The position numbers were made by a program, and so were the translations under genes. The notes below the pieces were generated by a model, which saw nothing but the letters and a program-made list of their open reading frames with translations, was not told the DNA's origin and searched no databases. This document shows positions 1 through 11,715 of a stretch of 64,000 bases of DNA, in pieces. How positions within the stretch are numbered: position 1 is the stretch's first letter; each line of letters begins with the position of its first letter. This DNA comes from Moniliella sp. 'wahieum' (taxonomy: Eukaryota), in NCBI GenBank assembly GCA_003971905.1, contig RSEE01000047.1:186001-250000 (forward strand), in the 5' to 3' direction.

Positions 1-854
1 ATGAAGCCCCCCTCTGAACCAGCGGGGTTCTGGAAGGCGCGGATCAACTTGAGATTGTCAAATGCGTAGCGCCCCGGACCTGTCTTGACGGACAACTCGT
101 GACCAAACTGGCCATCCGCCTGGGCCGACTGCTTAGAAGCAAGCTGGGGGCTGGGGATGTCCTTGTTCTTGAACTCATAGTTTTGCAACGCGTACGAAGA
201 AGAGTACTCCATGAAAGGGAAATGACCCAGCTCGGTAGCCAATGCAACCAGAGGCTGCGCAATCGCGGCCGGCAACAGGTCGCGACCCGGTGCATACAGC
301 CCCGTCGCACGGAAAGCCTGATCGGTGGGCTCGAGCAAGTACGCCGAAGTCAGGAAGCACAGATCGCGGAACAGAGCCGAGAGAAGGTGGGTACGATCCA
401 CCCCCGGCACGATGAGCTTGCCGGCAATGACGTCCTGCACCGCCTGCAGTAAAGCAGCGCCATTGGCCGTGCCCTCCGGCCCATCAATCAAGGCCTTGTG
501 CACGGCCGGGCCAAACTCCCCCTTGGCCAGCAGTCCCGATGCGGTCGCATCAGTCTCCCCGGGCTGAACGATGGTCATGCGGTCCAGGAGCGTGCTGAGC
601 ACGTCGAACTCTTTGGGAAGCTGGGCAGCGGGCAGCGGATCCGAACGCGGAAGGAAGCCATGAGCGCGACCAAGAGTGAATTGGGGGAGCTTGGACTGCT
701 CTGAGGCGGGCAGCTCCTCAACGAAGAAAGTGCTGCCCTTGATGGTGTCGCCATTGGCAGCAGCGGCAGTGGCGAGGTGGCGGAGAGCCACCCGGTGGGA
801 ACGCGGGACCCGAAGAAGGGCAGCCCAGCGAGTAGCGTGCGCGATGGTAGACAT
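1..854 (-). CDS. Indoleamine 2,3-dioxygenase, fungal gamma (IDOc)-type; 3' part lies outside the window
   Basis: Manual translation from ATG at 854 is open to the window edge, so the ORF track misses it: MSTIAHATRWAALLRVPRSHRVALRHLATAAAA...HGFLPRSDPL...LLSALFRDLCFLTSAYLLEP...GRDLLPAAIAQPLVALATELGHFPFMEYSSSYALQNY...NLKLIRAFQNPAGSEGGF. These blocks resemble fungal IDO-gamma motifs (GFLPR.DP, ALFRD..FL.SAYLLEP, PFMEY..SYAL.NY, LIRAF). Confidence 0.8.
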   Translation of the reverse strand, partial: MSTIAHATRWAALLRVPRSHRVALRHLATAAAANGDTIKGSTFFVEELPASEQSKLPQFTLGRAHGFLPRSDPLPAAQLPKEFDVLSTLLDRMTIVQPGETDATASGLLAKGEFGPAVHKALIDGPEGTANGAALLQAVQDVIAGKLIVPGVDRTHLLSALFRDLCFLTSAYLLEPTDQAFRATGLYAPGRDLLPAAIAQPLVALATELGHFPFMEYSSSYALQNYEFKNKDIPSPQLASKQSAQADGQFGHELSVKTGPGRYAFDNLKLIRAFQNPAGSEGGF

Positions 855-2080
855 GGTTGTAGAAGTGGCGATGGCGATGAGAGAGAGCAAGTAAGGAGGA
901 GGGGGTGGGGTGGGGGTGTCGTCGAGCGGCAGTCCGGGCAGCATATTTATACCACTTCTTCCATTCCATATCGCTCACCTGTCTGGTCACACTCCACTGG
1001 GACGATAAGAAGAACTAGCACTGGGGCAGTGTCATGGGCTGTATCTCTATCGCTGTGGTGGTCGATCATTGATCGATCAACGCAATTAGTAACCCCAGCC
1101 GGCCATCCACCCCGCTTTCACAGCGCTGCTGCCGCCAAGAACTATAACCGGTAACCCACCTCGCCAGCCCGTGAGCGCAGCGTCGACTACGGTTGAGGCG
1201 CTGCGCCCCGCAACGACGCCGCCACCATCCAGGTCCTCAACGTCCCTACCACCTCCCCAACGCCCATCGCATCCTGCCCATCGGTCCCCGGATATGCGCT
1301 CTGACACGGCCCTTGCTGGCTTGGCCCGCGGAAACGGTGAGAAATTAAACATGCATGGCCGGCGCCGGCCTGCGGCGCCGGCCTCAAGTTAGTTTCATCT
1401 GCGTATATTGAACCTTTTGAATCAAGGGGTTTGATGTAGGTGGCGGGCAACTTCAACTCATTGTCGTCTCTACGCAACATGATATACGACTGAGAGCGCG
1501 GGACCGGCAGTGATGCTGATGCGCGAGAACGAAGTAACGAGTTCAGCGAGATAGCCAGCGCGGGAGCTCGCGCATATAGGCACGTTGTGACGCGTATGCT
1601 GCTGTGTTTGCAGACTAGTAATTGGAACTGTGACTCTCATCGACGATGGGAAGAGAAGAGACGTTGGCGGTGACGATCCGATCAAATAGTACTGACAAAA
1701 CGGTCTGCATAGTAGTATCACGAACGTTGCAGACCCCGCCTTCTACACTGCTGTGACGTTCATGAACACATATCTCCACGAAGCTGGAAGTATAGGGGTG
1801 GTATAAGCTTAGTCCCCACACAGTGGAAATGAGAAGATATATTGATTGGGCTTTCATGGAATCTGTGGGAGAACCCACTGACTACGTGAAAGAGGCCGAA
1901 ACCATAACGGGTGGATTTGTTTGGACAAAACAGAAATGAGAAAGGGCGCGGGAGAGAACCTGATGGTAGGTATATATACCGGCCATAGAAAGTCAAACAT
2001 GATGAAGTGGTCGTCGCAACGATGTATGAATGGCATCGATGACAGTGGACCCAGGGGCAGGAGATTGTGGCTCGACACAT

Positions 2081-3726
2081 TCAAAGAAGCGAACAAAAAT
2101 CAAAGGGGTTGGGAGCATCAATGTTGATCGATACCGCCTTGACCTGAATATAGTTCTCCAAAGCATAGCTCGCGTTTTCGCGACCAATCCCTGAAGCCTT
2201 GTATCCGCCAAAGGGTACTTGAGCTGACAAAGCGTTGTATGTGTTGACCCACACCGACCCCGCCTGGAGCGCGTGGGCAGTCTTGAGCGCCTTGGAGATG
2301 TCGCGAGAGAAAACCCCAGCAGCCAGGCCGTACATCGAATCGTTGGCCTTTCGCAACAGCTCATTGTGGTCGTTGAATTTGTGGACCACCACCACCGGGC
2401 CAAAGATCTCCTCGCGGCTGATCACAGATTCTTCCGAGCAATCGGCAAAGATGGTGGGCTCAATGAACCAACCGTTGGGAGTGCCTTCTCCCACGTATCG
2501 TTCAGGAGGAAGAGGACCCCCACCAGTGACAAGCCTGCCTTCCGTCTTGCCAATCTCAATGTAGTTCAAGATGCGATCGTACTGCGCTTCACTGATTTGG
2601 GGGCCGGCATAGGTTCCCTCCACGAACGGGTCACCCACCTTGAGTTCATCAAACTTGACCTTGAGCGCAGCAAGGAAGGCTCGTAAATGGCCTCATGAAC
2701 ATAGATGCGAGTGCCAGCGCAGCAGTCTGGCCCATGTTGAAGTTGACCCCCATGGTGCACCACGATACAGCCTGTTCCAGGTCTGCATCGTCGAGAACGA
2801 CGGAGGGAGACTTTCCACCGAGTTCCAGCGTGACCTTCTTCAGGTTGGTGTCGGCCGCCGCCTTCATCACGATCCGGCCAACCCGCGTTGATCCCGTAAA
2901 GCAGACCTTGTCCACATCCATGTGTTCGGACAAGGCATTTCCTGCAGACGGGCCCAGACCGGTGACAAGGTTAACCACACCAGGGGGGAATCCAGCTTGG
3001 TGGATCAACTCGAAGAGCTTCAGAGCCGACAGGGCGTGTTTTCGGCTGATTTGAGGATCATTGTGTTGCCTGTAGCCAGAGCAGGGCCCAGCTTCCAAGC
3101 CATCAGCATCAGTGGGTAGTTCCAGGGTACGATCCCACCGCAAACGCCTACCGGCTCAAGACGAGTGTTGGAAAAGGTGCGGGTTCTCTCCCGACAGAAC
3201 TTGGCCCGAGTGCTTGTCTGCCCACCCGGCGAAGTAGCGAATCGCCTCCAAGAGTTGCGCAACATCAAATGCCTTGGAAATGGAGAAAGGCTTTCCATTG
3301 TCGATGGACTCGATAGCGGCCAACTCATCATAGTTGTCCTCAATGAGGCGAGCCAACTTGTTTAGCATAAGCGCGCGGTGAGGACCAGTGGTGTTCAGGC
3401 CCCAGGTAGTCTTGAATGCGCGCCGAGCTGCCTTGACAGCCTTGTCAATGTCGGCCGCATCGCCTTGCGAAATTTCGGCAAGGAGCTCTTTGGTGGCAGG
3501 GTTGTACACCTTCAACAGCTCCCCGCTCACGGCCGGCACCCATTCGCCGCTGGAATTGATAAGGTAATAGGTGAGCATGGGCTGGTTTTCCTATAAAAAG
3601 GGCCAGGGATAGAAGTGTATGGCCCCGAGGGAAGGGAAAGAGAAAAACGTACTCAATGTAGAGACCGCCACTGAAGCTTGAGGTCTGGCCATTGGGGAAC
3701 TGGAGGTTCACTTGAGGAGTGGTCAT
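2081..3726 (-). CDS. NAD(P)-dependent aldehyde dehydrogenase (ALDH1/2-like); one intron at 3550-3652 and several apparent single-base frameshifts
   Basis: Overlapping ORFs join to give [13 protein letters not shown]...LYID|GEWVP...[17 protein letters not shown]...FTGSTRVG...LELGGKSP...GQ.CCAGTR...EEIFGPV...YGLAAGVF...[13 protein letters not shown]. Catalytic Glu and Cys motifs are present. The intron is GTACGT...TTCCAG. Confidence 0.95.
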
Positions 3727-4634
3727 TGCAGAGAGGAGAGGAAGGCGAGGGGCGATGGAGTGGTAGTGGATGTGTGGCTGGATGAGGGGTGGAGGTGGAG
3801 GTGCTTCCTGAAGGAGCTGGTGGTGGCATGCAGGGAAGGAAGAAGATGGTATATATAGCCCCAGAAAGTGCCACAGGTAAAGAAAAAGATGGGAGGGGGG
3901 ATACACTACAATACGTTTTGCCTAGCGCGATGGTGGCTCTCGGGTGCCAAAGCATGCATCTGCCGCAGCCAGCAGCCCAGTATGACACACCGATGCATGG
4001 CGCGACATACTGTATCCCCACACATGCCGCGTGAGACCCTTTCTGGCAGCAGCGTGCTATTCCGTATATGCGCCCCACAACAGTGACTATTTCTAAAGGA
4101 GTTCTATGGCTGGTCGCTTGTGTTTGCGGGGCAAAAATGTTACCGCCGAAGCCCAGAGCCGCAGGGGTAATAGACAGGATGATGATGTTTATTGCGCCAA
4201 CAAAGAGCCGCGAGAGCCGCGATGGGGAGACGGGTGGGGGTTAGGAGGGGTTAGGGCGGAAGGGGTGGCCCCAAAGGCGGCTAGTATGCCATAACAATCC
4301 TGCTACGATGACGCGGGAGAGTTTCGCTGTGGCTGCGGCGAGGGTCGACAGCGACTATCTCTTCACACAGCACGACGACTGTGGTATAATCGGATAGTAG
4401 TAGTCGCGCCTAACAGCGAGAGGAGGCGGGAGAGGTCTCCAACATGTTACCCCCGCCCACTGCGCAGCAGACGGCTCCTGGTGCCAACGGCTCCCGGTGC
4501 TACATACCAACTACTACTGCTGACCGGCTCCGGTTCAATGATCCCGACGGCTCCTGGCGCTTTCTCTTTTGCCCATTCCTTTCACCTTATATTTTCAGGC
4601 ACAGCCCATTTACCCCAGATCAAGCAGGCACTAG

Positions 4635-4676
4635 TCACGCGTCACGCGTCACGCGTCACGCGTCACGCGTCACGCG
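4635..4676. repeat. Heptamer array (TCACGCG)6
   Basis: Six exact copies, preceded in phase by a CTAG core. Lies upstream of the ALDH gene. Confidence 0.97.
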
Positions 4677-5444
4677 CCATCATCGAGGCGGATGGGCTGA
4701 CGGAGCCCACCAACAGGAGCGAGGGAACAGAGAAGATCGTCAGCGCATGTGTCGGCTTATTAGTCCACTGTACTGAGCCCCACACGATCTGCTCTTGACC
4801 AGAACCCGTGGCGGCAATAAGCCAATTCAATCGGCTCCGCCACCGGCTTCTGTTTCTCCAGCACAGCCAAGGCCAGGGGCTTTTCCCTCCTATAACAGAC
4901 AGACGCCTTCTCACCGGCGCCACCCCACATATGCACATTTTTTTTTATTCAGAGGTATCGCAAAACCCTTGCGCAAAATACTTCGAGTACACCACAGCTG
5001 CTTCAGCACTAGCAAGGCCGGGGCAGGGATGAGAGAAACGCGTCGCCTATCCTGATACTGCATAATATACTTAGTTCATCTTTTCTCAGTCCCACCATAC
5101 TAGTTAATTGTTGCTTGTGCGCAATCAACTAGCCAACGTTCAGCAGATACACGGAATCATGTTTTCTGTTATACCGCAATGACCTGGCCGCGGTCGAGGG
5201 AAGAGCTCTATATATTCAATTGACATCACATGAACTGCATGAACGACGCGCTCACACTCTCACGTCCAAAAGTGCGAAGAGGTCAGCAGCTGAGGAGAAA
5301 AGTAACATGTATAAGCGACAAATATATGGGCATATGAAAAGACAGAAACAATACCCCCGTCTTGATGAAGAGAAGGGGGGAGGGCGGGAGCAAAACAAAA
5401 CGACAGGCGGCCATAGTCGGACGGTGGTGTGAACGGTTGGTGTA

Positions 5445-7633
5445 TTAGAAGAAAAAGTCGACAATCTTTTTCCAGAGAGGCAGTTGGCGGTATGCCTCGC
5501 GCTCCGCCTCCAGTTCCTCAAGCGTGGGTGCATCTCGGCGGCCAGTATCAATGTCAATGTCTTCCTGCTTGACCCACGAATGGGACCACCAACGACGCGG
5601 ACCATACCAGACAGGGAAGCGACCGATGTGTTTGACCTCCCAGTGGGAACGGAAGACCGCGTCCCAGTCCATCTCGCCAAAGAAGAGGAAAACAATCACT
5701 ACTGGAAGCGAGGTAAGCTTGGAAGAGAACGTCACGGCACGTTCACTACCCGCCATGCCATCAGCACCAATGGGGGCAATGGCAATGATGGCTTGGAAGA
5801 TAAGCACAAGCACGTTACTGTCCAGAAAAAAGGAGCCGAGTCAGTATCACCTCAACCCAGAAGGAAAGCATGCGCACATCAAGAGACCGTAGACGGCACC
5901 GATAATTCCGACGGGGGAGCGCCAGGGAATGAGTTCAACCGGACGGCCGGCTGCCTTCCAAGCGGCACGGAAGCGAATGTGGCAGATGCAAATAGTGCCT
6001 AAAGAATGGCGGAAGCTGTCAGTATTTGCTGGCATCATCAGCAGCTCAAGAAAGAAACGCACCCCAGGAGAAGATAACGGCCAAGCCACTGAGGGATAGA
6101 AGCCAGTTGAAGACGTCTAATGGATTGCTGAGTATACAAGGAACCCGAGGAAACCACACGCCAGGGACAAGGCCACCGCAGGCATAGGCCGCCCTTCCTT
6201 GTCAACGTAAGCAAACCAACGCGGGGCTTGACCGTTCTGTGCGAGCGCAACAAGTGTACTGGAAAAGGAGAGAGGTCAGGGTATCGGAAGGGAATACAGG
6301 GAAAAAGACCGGAAGTTCACATACCGGCTGGCCCCATATGTCGAAGTGTTGCCCACAGAAAGGGATGAAATCAGAATGACTGCGTTCACGATAGACGGTA
6401 ATGCGTGGATGCGGGCATGCTTAATGACGAGTACAAAGGGGAGAGCTGTTGGGGTCATTGCTGCTACCGCTAACCAGCGCTTTCTCGTGAGGGCTGATGT
6501 TGAGGGTGATAATAAAGAGAGAGCCAACGTAGAAGAGCATGATCCGCATGAAGATTTGACGGGACGCCTTCGGCACCGACTTGCGCGGGTTGATTGTCTC
6601 GGCCGCGGTGATCCCAATCATCTCAGTGCCCGAAAAACTGAATGCGGCGCTGACCAAGACGGAGCAGAAACCCTTGAAGCCGTTAAGGAAGGCACCGTCA
6701 TGGTCCCAGTACCGCAGCCCCACTGCATCATGGTTGGGTGCACCGCCAGCCGAGATGACAATACCGGCCACAATGAAACCCAAGGTCATGCTAACAAAGA
6801 AAGTGCGAGTCAACTGATGGTTCAACGTTCATGATGGAAGAGCAAGACATACATAATCTTGAGGACCGATCCAAACACCTCAAAGTCACCGTAGCCACGG
6901 ACACCAAAAACGTTGATAACAGCAATGATAACCCAGCATATAATGACCCACACGCCGGGCGAGACGTGTTGGTGCGGGTCCCAGAAAGCAATGATAATTG
7001 TAGCCGCGACCATTTCCAGCGGAAGAGTAACGAACCATTCCATCCAGTCTGAACAGGGCCAACTTGTGTAAACATGCGAGAACAGGCGATACTAAAAGAG
7101 AGAAGGAATACATACAGTTCCAGCCCATGGCAAAAGCCCCACGCGGGCGAGATAAAACGGGTCGAGTATGTCGAGAAGGAGCCAGAGACGGGAAAAATAA
7201 CAGCAAGTTCACCTAAGCACATGACGACCAGTATAGCATCGATCCAATCAAGCAGTAGTCGAGAATGAGAAAGCCGGGTCCACCACTGGCATATACTGAG
7301 CCAGAACCAATGTAGAGACCAGTACCGATGCTACCGCGAAAGCGATCATCTGGATGTGGAATTGGTTCAGCTTGCGCTTGAGACCAGGGTCATCTCCGTG
7401 AATGTCCTCGTGGAAGGAGGCAGTGCCAGCGGCCTTCACTATCCCATCAGCCTTTCCGAGGTGCAACGCTTTCATCGAGCGACGTCTTTTCAACAACACG
7501 GTCATCTGAAGTGGTGGCCTTGCTATATCAGGATAGTTACCCGGCTGAGCGTGCGCCGCTGCCGACTCGGGCGTGTCGATCAGAGGCGCTTGGTGCAGCT
7601 TGAAGCTGTCCAGCCATTCTTTGACGATGCCAT
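5445..7633 (-). CDS. APC-superfamily (YAT/Gap1-like) amino-acid permease; multi-exon, with frameshifts; start codon uncertain
   Basis: Fragments include LKRKLNQFHIQMIAF, MCLGELAVIFPVSGSFSTYSTRFISPAWGF, INVFGVRGYGDFE, NGFKGFCSVLVSAAFSFSGTEMIGITAAETINPRKSVPKASRQ, HALPSIVNAVILISSLSVGN, EDIDIDTGRRD and LWKKIVDFFF*. ATG 7633 is a best guess that needs a 1-nt correction to give MASSKEWLDSFK. Confidence 0.88.
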
Positions 7634-8362
7634 GATCGATGGGCCAAATGGTGGCGAGGGATGGTGGGAAGAGAAGGCCGAGAGAAGACTGGGAGTGGAG
7701 GGTCGCGCGATTATACAACGACCGCAACGGGCGATAATCGATAAAGTGAGGTTAGAGACCTTATAGGTAACGAGGAACTTGGCTCTTTCCTCAGGCCCAG
7801 ACTCAAACACAAACTAGCCGTACGGCGGGAGTGTGAATGCCATCGACCGTTCATGTGTTGGCGAGAAGATCAAACAGGCGGCAGCACCAGACATTACTAG
7901 TCACTCTGATAAAGGGAGGAATAAAGAATCGTCGCGGTCCGTCTGTGTTCTGGGACGGACCGAAGCTCACGCGTCACACATCACGCGCTAGTGACTAGTG
8001 CTGTGACCGGTGATGCCTCAGCCTGAGGCTAGCGAGTCTCGGGGCCCAGGAGGTCAAATTAAAGGCCTCAAAGGTCAAGCTTCGAGCTCGAGGATAGTGA
8101 TGCATTCTGGCGTTCACCACGTTCACCCAAGGTCTATTATAGCCTGAAGGACCGCCAGGTAGAGGGGTGGGGTTGAAAATTATAATAGGCAGAAAACGTT
8201 CTTGGATGTTGACGTTGAAGCTTTGAAGCTTGGAAGCTTGACGTCGATGAACATTATCGATGTTTTATCGTTTAAGACGTTTAAGCTTTAGACTCGATGA
8301 TTCATCTTGGCCTTCTCCGCTCGGCCAGCCGCTCAGCTTGAGGCCAATGGGCAGCATATCCG

Positions 8363-8710
8363 TCACTAGTCACTCGCGGCCTAAGATCTAAGAGATCCCA
8401 TGTCACATGTCACAGGCCGCAGTCACTACTCACCGGTCACATGGTCACATGACACTCATCACGTGCTTCTGAATACTCGTACTCGGGCTGTACCAGGCCA
8501 TATGCTGTACCCGTTTCTAAGTTCCGCCCGTCGCCCCTTCCCACACTCAGTTACATGTATATTCATCCACACACCCCATCCCAGACTAGAAGGTACCAGC
8601 GCGGCGCAATCCAATCTCAAAAACAGCCGACACCAGTCACTAGCACTAGTCAAACTAGTCACTAGTCACCGGTCACAGGTCATCGGTATATCATGAATAT
8701 TGAATATTGA
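8363..8710. repeat. Cluster of TCA/TGA + 4-bp-core heptamer arrays (cores CTAG, GATC, CATG, CCGG, ATAT)
   Basis: TCACTAG-TCACCGG-TCACAGG-TCATCGG at 8659-8686; TGAATAT-TGAATAT-TGA at 8694-8710; CATG-TCACATG-TCA near 8400. Confidence 0.85.
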
Positions 8711-9323
8711 ATCCTGCACTCTTGCAATCAGAGGATCATTGAACGGCACGTGCGGACGCAAAACTGGATGAAAGGCAATGGTGTGGGGTTTTTGGTAAAG
8801 GGTGCATGTAGCTGGAGTCGGAGGGTGGACAGAAGGAGCGCAGACCGTGGATGGACCGTGGGTGCAATCTTCTTGCACAGATATACGGTCGTCGAGAGTG
8901 TTGAGCGACACGAGCAGTAAGATGTTGACGCGTTGACGACGCGATGTTGATCGTTTTCAATTTCCAACTCTCGATAGATCAGGCACGAAAGTCTCTTTTG
9001 CGTGCGCGTCACCTGTCCCTCCTCCCACTGTGTTACCATTTACCCCGTCTTTGGCCTGACTCTGGCCTCTCTCGTTTTAACGTTTCGGCCGGAGTGCCAG
9101 GCCCTCGGCCAATTACTGTGGAGATGGAGATATGCCCGGCCGTTTGATGCACCGAGCACAAACCGGTGGCAGTGGCCAATGCGGAGTTGAAATCGAAACA
9201 CGTTGGTTACGTACGCCGCCGCCGCTCTGCTGGCGCCTGCTGGCGCTGAGGCGCTGAGGCTGGGGGAGTACTGGGTGAGCCGATCCGATGAAGAGTGATT
9301 CAAGTGATTGCTGATGCATGTGG

Positions 9324-9398
9324 TGCATGAGCGCATGATGCATGAGCGCATGATGCATGAGCGCATGATGCATGAGCGCATGATGCATGAGCGCATGA
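9324..9398. repeat. 15-bp tandem repeat (TGCATGAGCGCATGA)5
   Basis: Five exact copies ending about 140 bp upstream of the DHODH ATG. Confidence 0.97.
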
Positions 9399-9538
9399 GC
9401 GCATGGGCCTCCGAGGCTGAGGCTCAGCGGAGCGCTTACATAATACACTGAAGCCAGGAGTTCTGGCCTGTTCTGGCTCGCTGGCGGGCCACCTTCTGTT
9501 CTCTTGACAACTCTTGGCCTCTCCCGACGACCTGGGCC

Positions 9539-11298
9539 ATGCTGCGTATCAAGTGCGACACCCGCGTGGTACTCCCCACGGTCCGGGCCGCTACGGCCTC
9601 TCCTTTGCTCCGGACGGCTGTACCGGCTCGCACCCTCTTCACCCGCCGCCACGTGTCGGCTCCTCGCAAGTGGGGCGTGCGGGCCGCCTTGGCTGTCGGC
9701 TCGGTGGTGGGGTTGGCGTACTACTTTGATTCCCGTTCGGCGGTGCACCAGTATGTGTTGACGCCGCTGGTACGCAATCTGTTCGATGCCGAGACGGCAC
9801 ACCGACTCGCGGTGCTTACATTTGCATCGGGCCTTGGATCGCGCGACTTGGTCGCCGACGATCCTGTGCTGGCCACCAGCCTGTTTGGCAAGCCGCTCTC
9901 CAACCCCATTGGCGTTGCGGCCGGGTTTGACAAGAACGCTGAGGCGATCGACGGGTTGTTTAATGTCGGGTTTGGTCTGGTGGAAGTGGGGAGTGTGACG
10001 CCGGTAGCACAGCCGGGCAACCCCAAACCGCGCTTCTTCCGCCTCCCGGCCGATCAGGCGGTTATCAACCGGTATGGATTCAACTCGGATGGCATCCCCC
10101 GGTCCTGGCCCGCCTCGAGGCGCGCGTGCGGGCTTGGCTCCGCCGTACGGCCTCCGCCTCCGACCCCAGCATTGTCGGGACGTTTGACTGGCCAGGCACG
10201 ATTGACAAGGTGGTGCCGGATGCGTCTGGTGCTGCGGCCGCGCTTGTCGATGCGGCCGGGAGCCCCCGCAGCCTGCGCCCTAATCACCTGCTGGCGATCA
10301 ATTTGGGCAAGAACAAGGTGTCGGCTGAGGAGGACGTGAGCGACTACGTGCGTGGTGTCAAGACCCTTGGACCATTTGCCGACTTGGTGGTGATCAATGT
10401 GTCTTCGCCCAACACCCCGGGGCTGCGCAAGTTGCAGCGCAAGGGTGTGCTCAACGACTTACTCAAGCAAGTCGTTGCGGCTCGGGACGAGATGGTGGCT
10501 CAAGCTGGCTTTGCGCCCGCACCTATTGAAACGGCACCAGTGGGCACCGTGCTGGGGCCCAAGGGCATCGTCCCACTCTTGGTTAAGATTGCACCTGACC
10601 TGAGTCGGGACGAGCTGGCGGACGTGGCGGATGCGGCTGTTGAGGCAGGCGTGGATGGGATCATTGTGAGCAATACGACGATCCAGCGCCCTGCGTCGTT
10701 GATCTCCTCTCAGAATGTGGATGAAGTAGGAGGCTTGTCAGGTGCTCCTCTCAAACCGCTCTCTCTCCAGGCCCTGCGCACCGTACGGGAACGTGTGGGC
10801 CCCACCATGACTCTGATTGGTTGCGGAGGGATTCGGACGGGTCAGGATGCGCTGGACTTTGCCCATGCGGGCGCATCGGCGGTGGAGCTCTACACATCGT
10901 TTGGGTACGAGGGCGTGGGCCTACCGCGGCGTGTGAAGGACGAATTGACGGCACTTTTGCACGCACAAAACACCACTTGGGCCGCCGAGGTGGGGCGAAA
11001 TGTGCTTCCGGCCGGTTCCGCTGCCACGACTGCAGAGGGCAAGGACCTGAACGCAGCGGCTATGGAGGATGTGTACCAGAAGAACCAGGCGCAGCTGCAG
11101 CAGGGCATCAAGAAGTTACGCGAGGCCGTGCTTGGCCCCAGTGACAAGGAGGCGATGGCGGTGCGTGAGGCGACGAAGCAGCAAGGAGTGGACGCTCTTG
11201 AGCCGTTCCGGTCCAAGGCGCGTGCCCTTCCGTTTGGGCCGACCGATGGTTCCTACGTCGAGCTTTTGGCCCAGGCAAACCAGGCGATCGCGTCCTAG
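9539..11298 (+). CDS. URA9: Class-2 (quinone, mitochondrial) dihydroorotate dehydrogenase; one apparent frameshift near 10100
   Basis: Presequence and TM segment, then [55 protein letters not shown]. The second frame continues with [47 protein letters not shown] and GASAVELYT. Confidence 0.95.
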
Positions 11299-11659
11299 AA
11301 AGCATAGCAGGAACTTGACTCCGGGATGCGTTTCAAAACAAATGCAAAACGTGCAATGCACAAATCAAGGCCAAATCTATACTTCAACTAATGCTACGTT
11401 GGAGAGGAATCCCGGAGGTGCCTCAAGCTCTTTCTTGGTAGCGGCGTGTTGATGATGCAGATGATGAATTTTAGGGGCAGCGACATGGAGAACATGCAAC
11501 ACAACCGATACCGCTCCTGTGTCCAACTACGTCCGGGCTGGAGCGCAAGATGTGAGAAGTGAGCATGTGAGGTCTGAGATCCTGAGATCCCAAAGGCCGA
11601 ATTATTAATTGCCCAGACGAGCAACACGTTGCGGACTGCCAGCTGCTGGACAAGGCCAG

Positions 11660-11715
11660 ACACTAGACACTGGACACCGATCATCGATCATCGATCATCG
11701 ATCATCAGTCGCTAG
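11660..11715. repeat. Mixed heptamer array including (TCATCGA)3
   Basis: ACACTAG ACACTGG ACACCGA TCATCGA TCATCGA TCATCGA TCATCAG TCGCTAG, all in unbroken 7-bp phase. Confidence 0.9.

Noticed and set aside
2081..2110. CaaX-like ending CSLL on the aldehyde dehydrogenase
   Set aside because: Adding one T to the T run gives NPF*, a normal ALDH end. Given the homopolymer deletions throughout the window, this is probably an artefact.
9040..9396. ORFs with repetitive peptides (MRSCI, HHALM, SRVTRHA)
   Set aside because: These are translations of the non-coding heptamer and 15-mer arrays, with no other sign of coding.
9324..9398. CRISPR-like interpretation of the regular intergenic repeats
   Set aside because: The units are 7-15 bp and directly tandem, with no unique spacers and no cas genes, in a eukaryotic genome.
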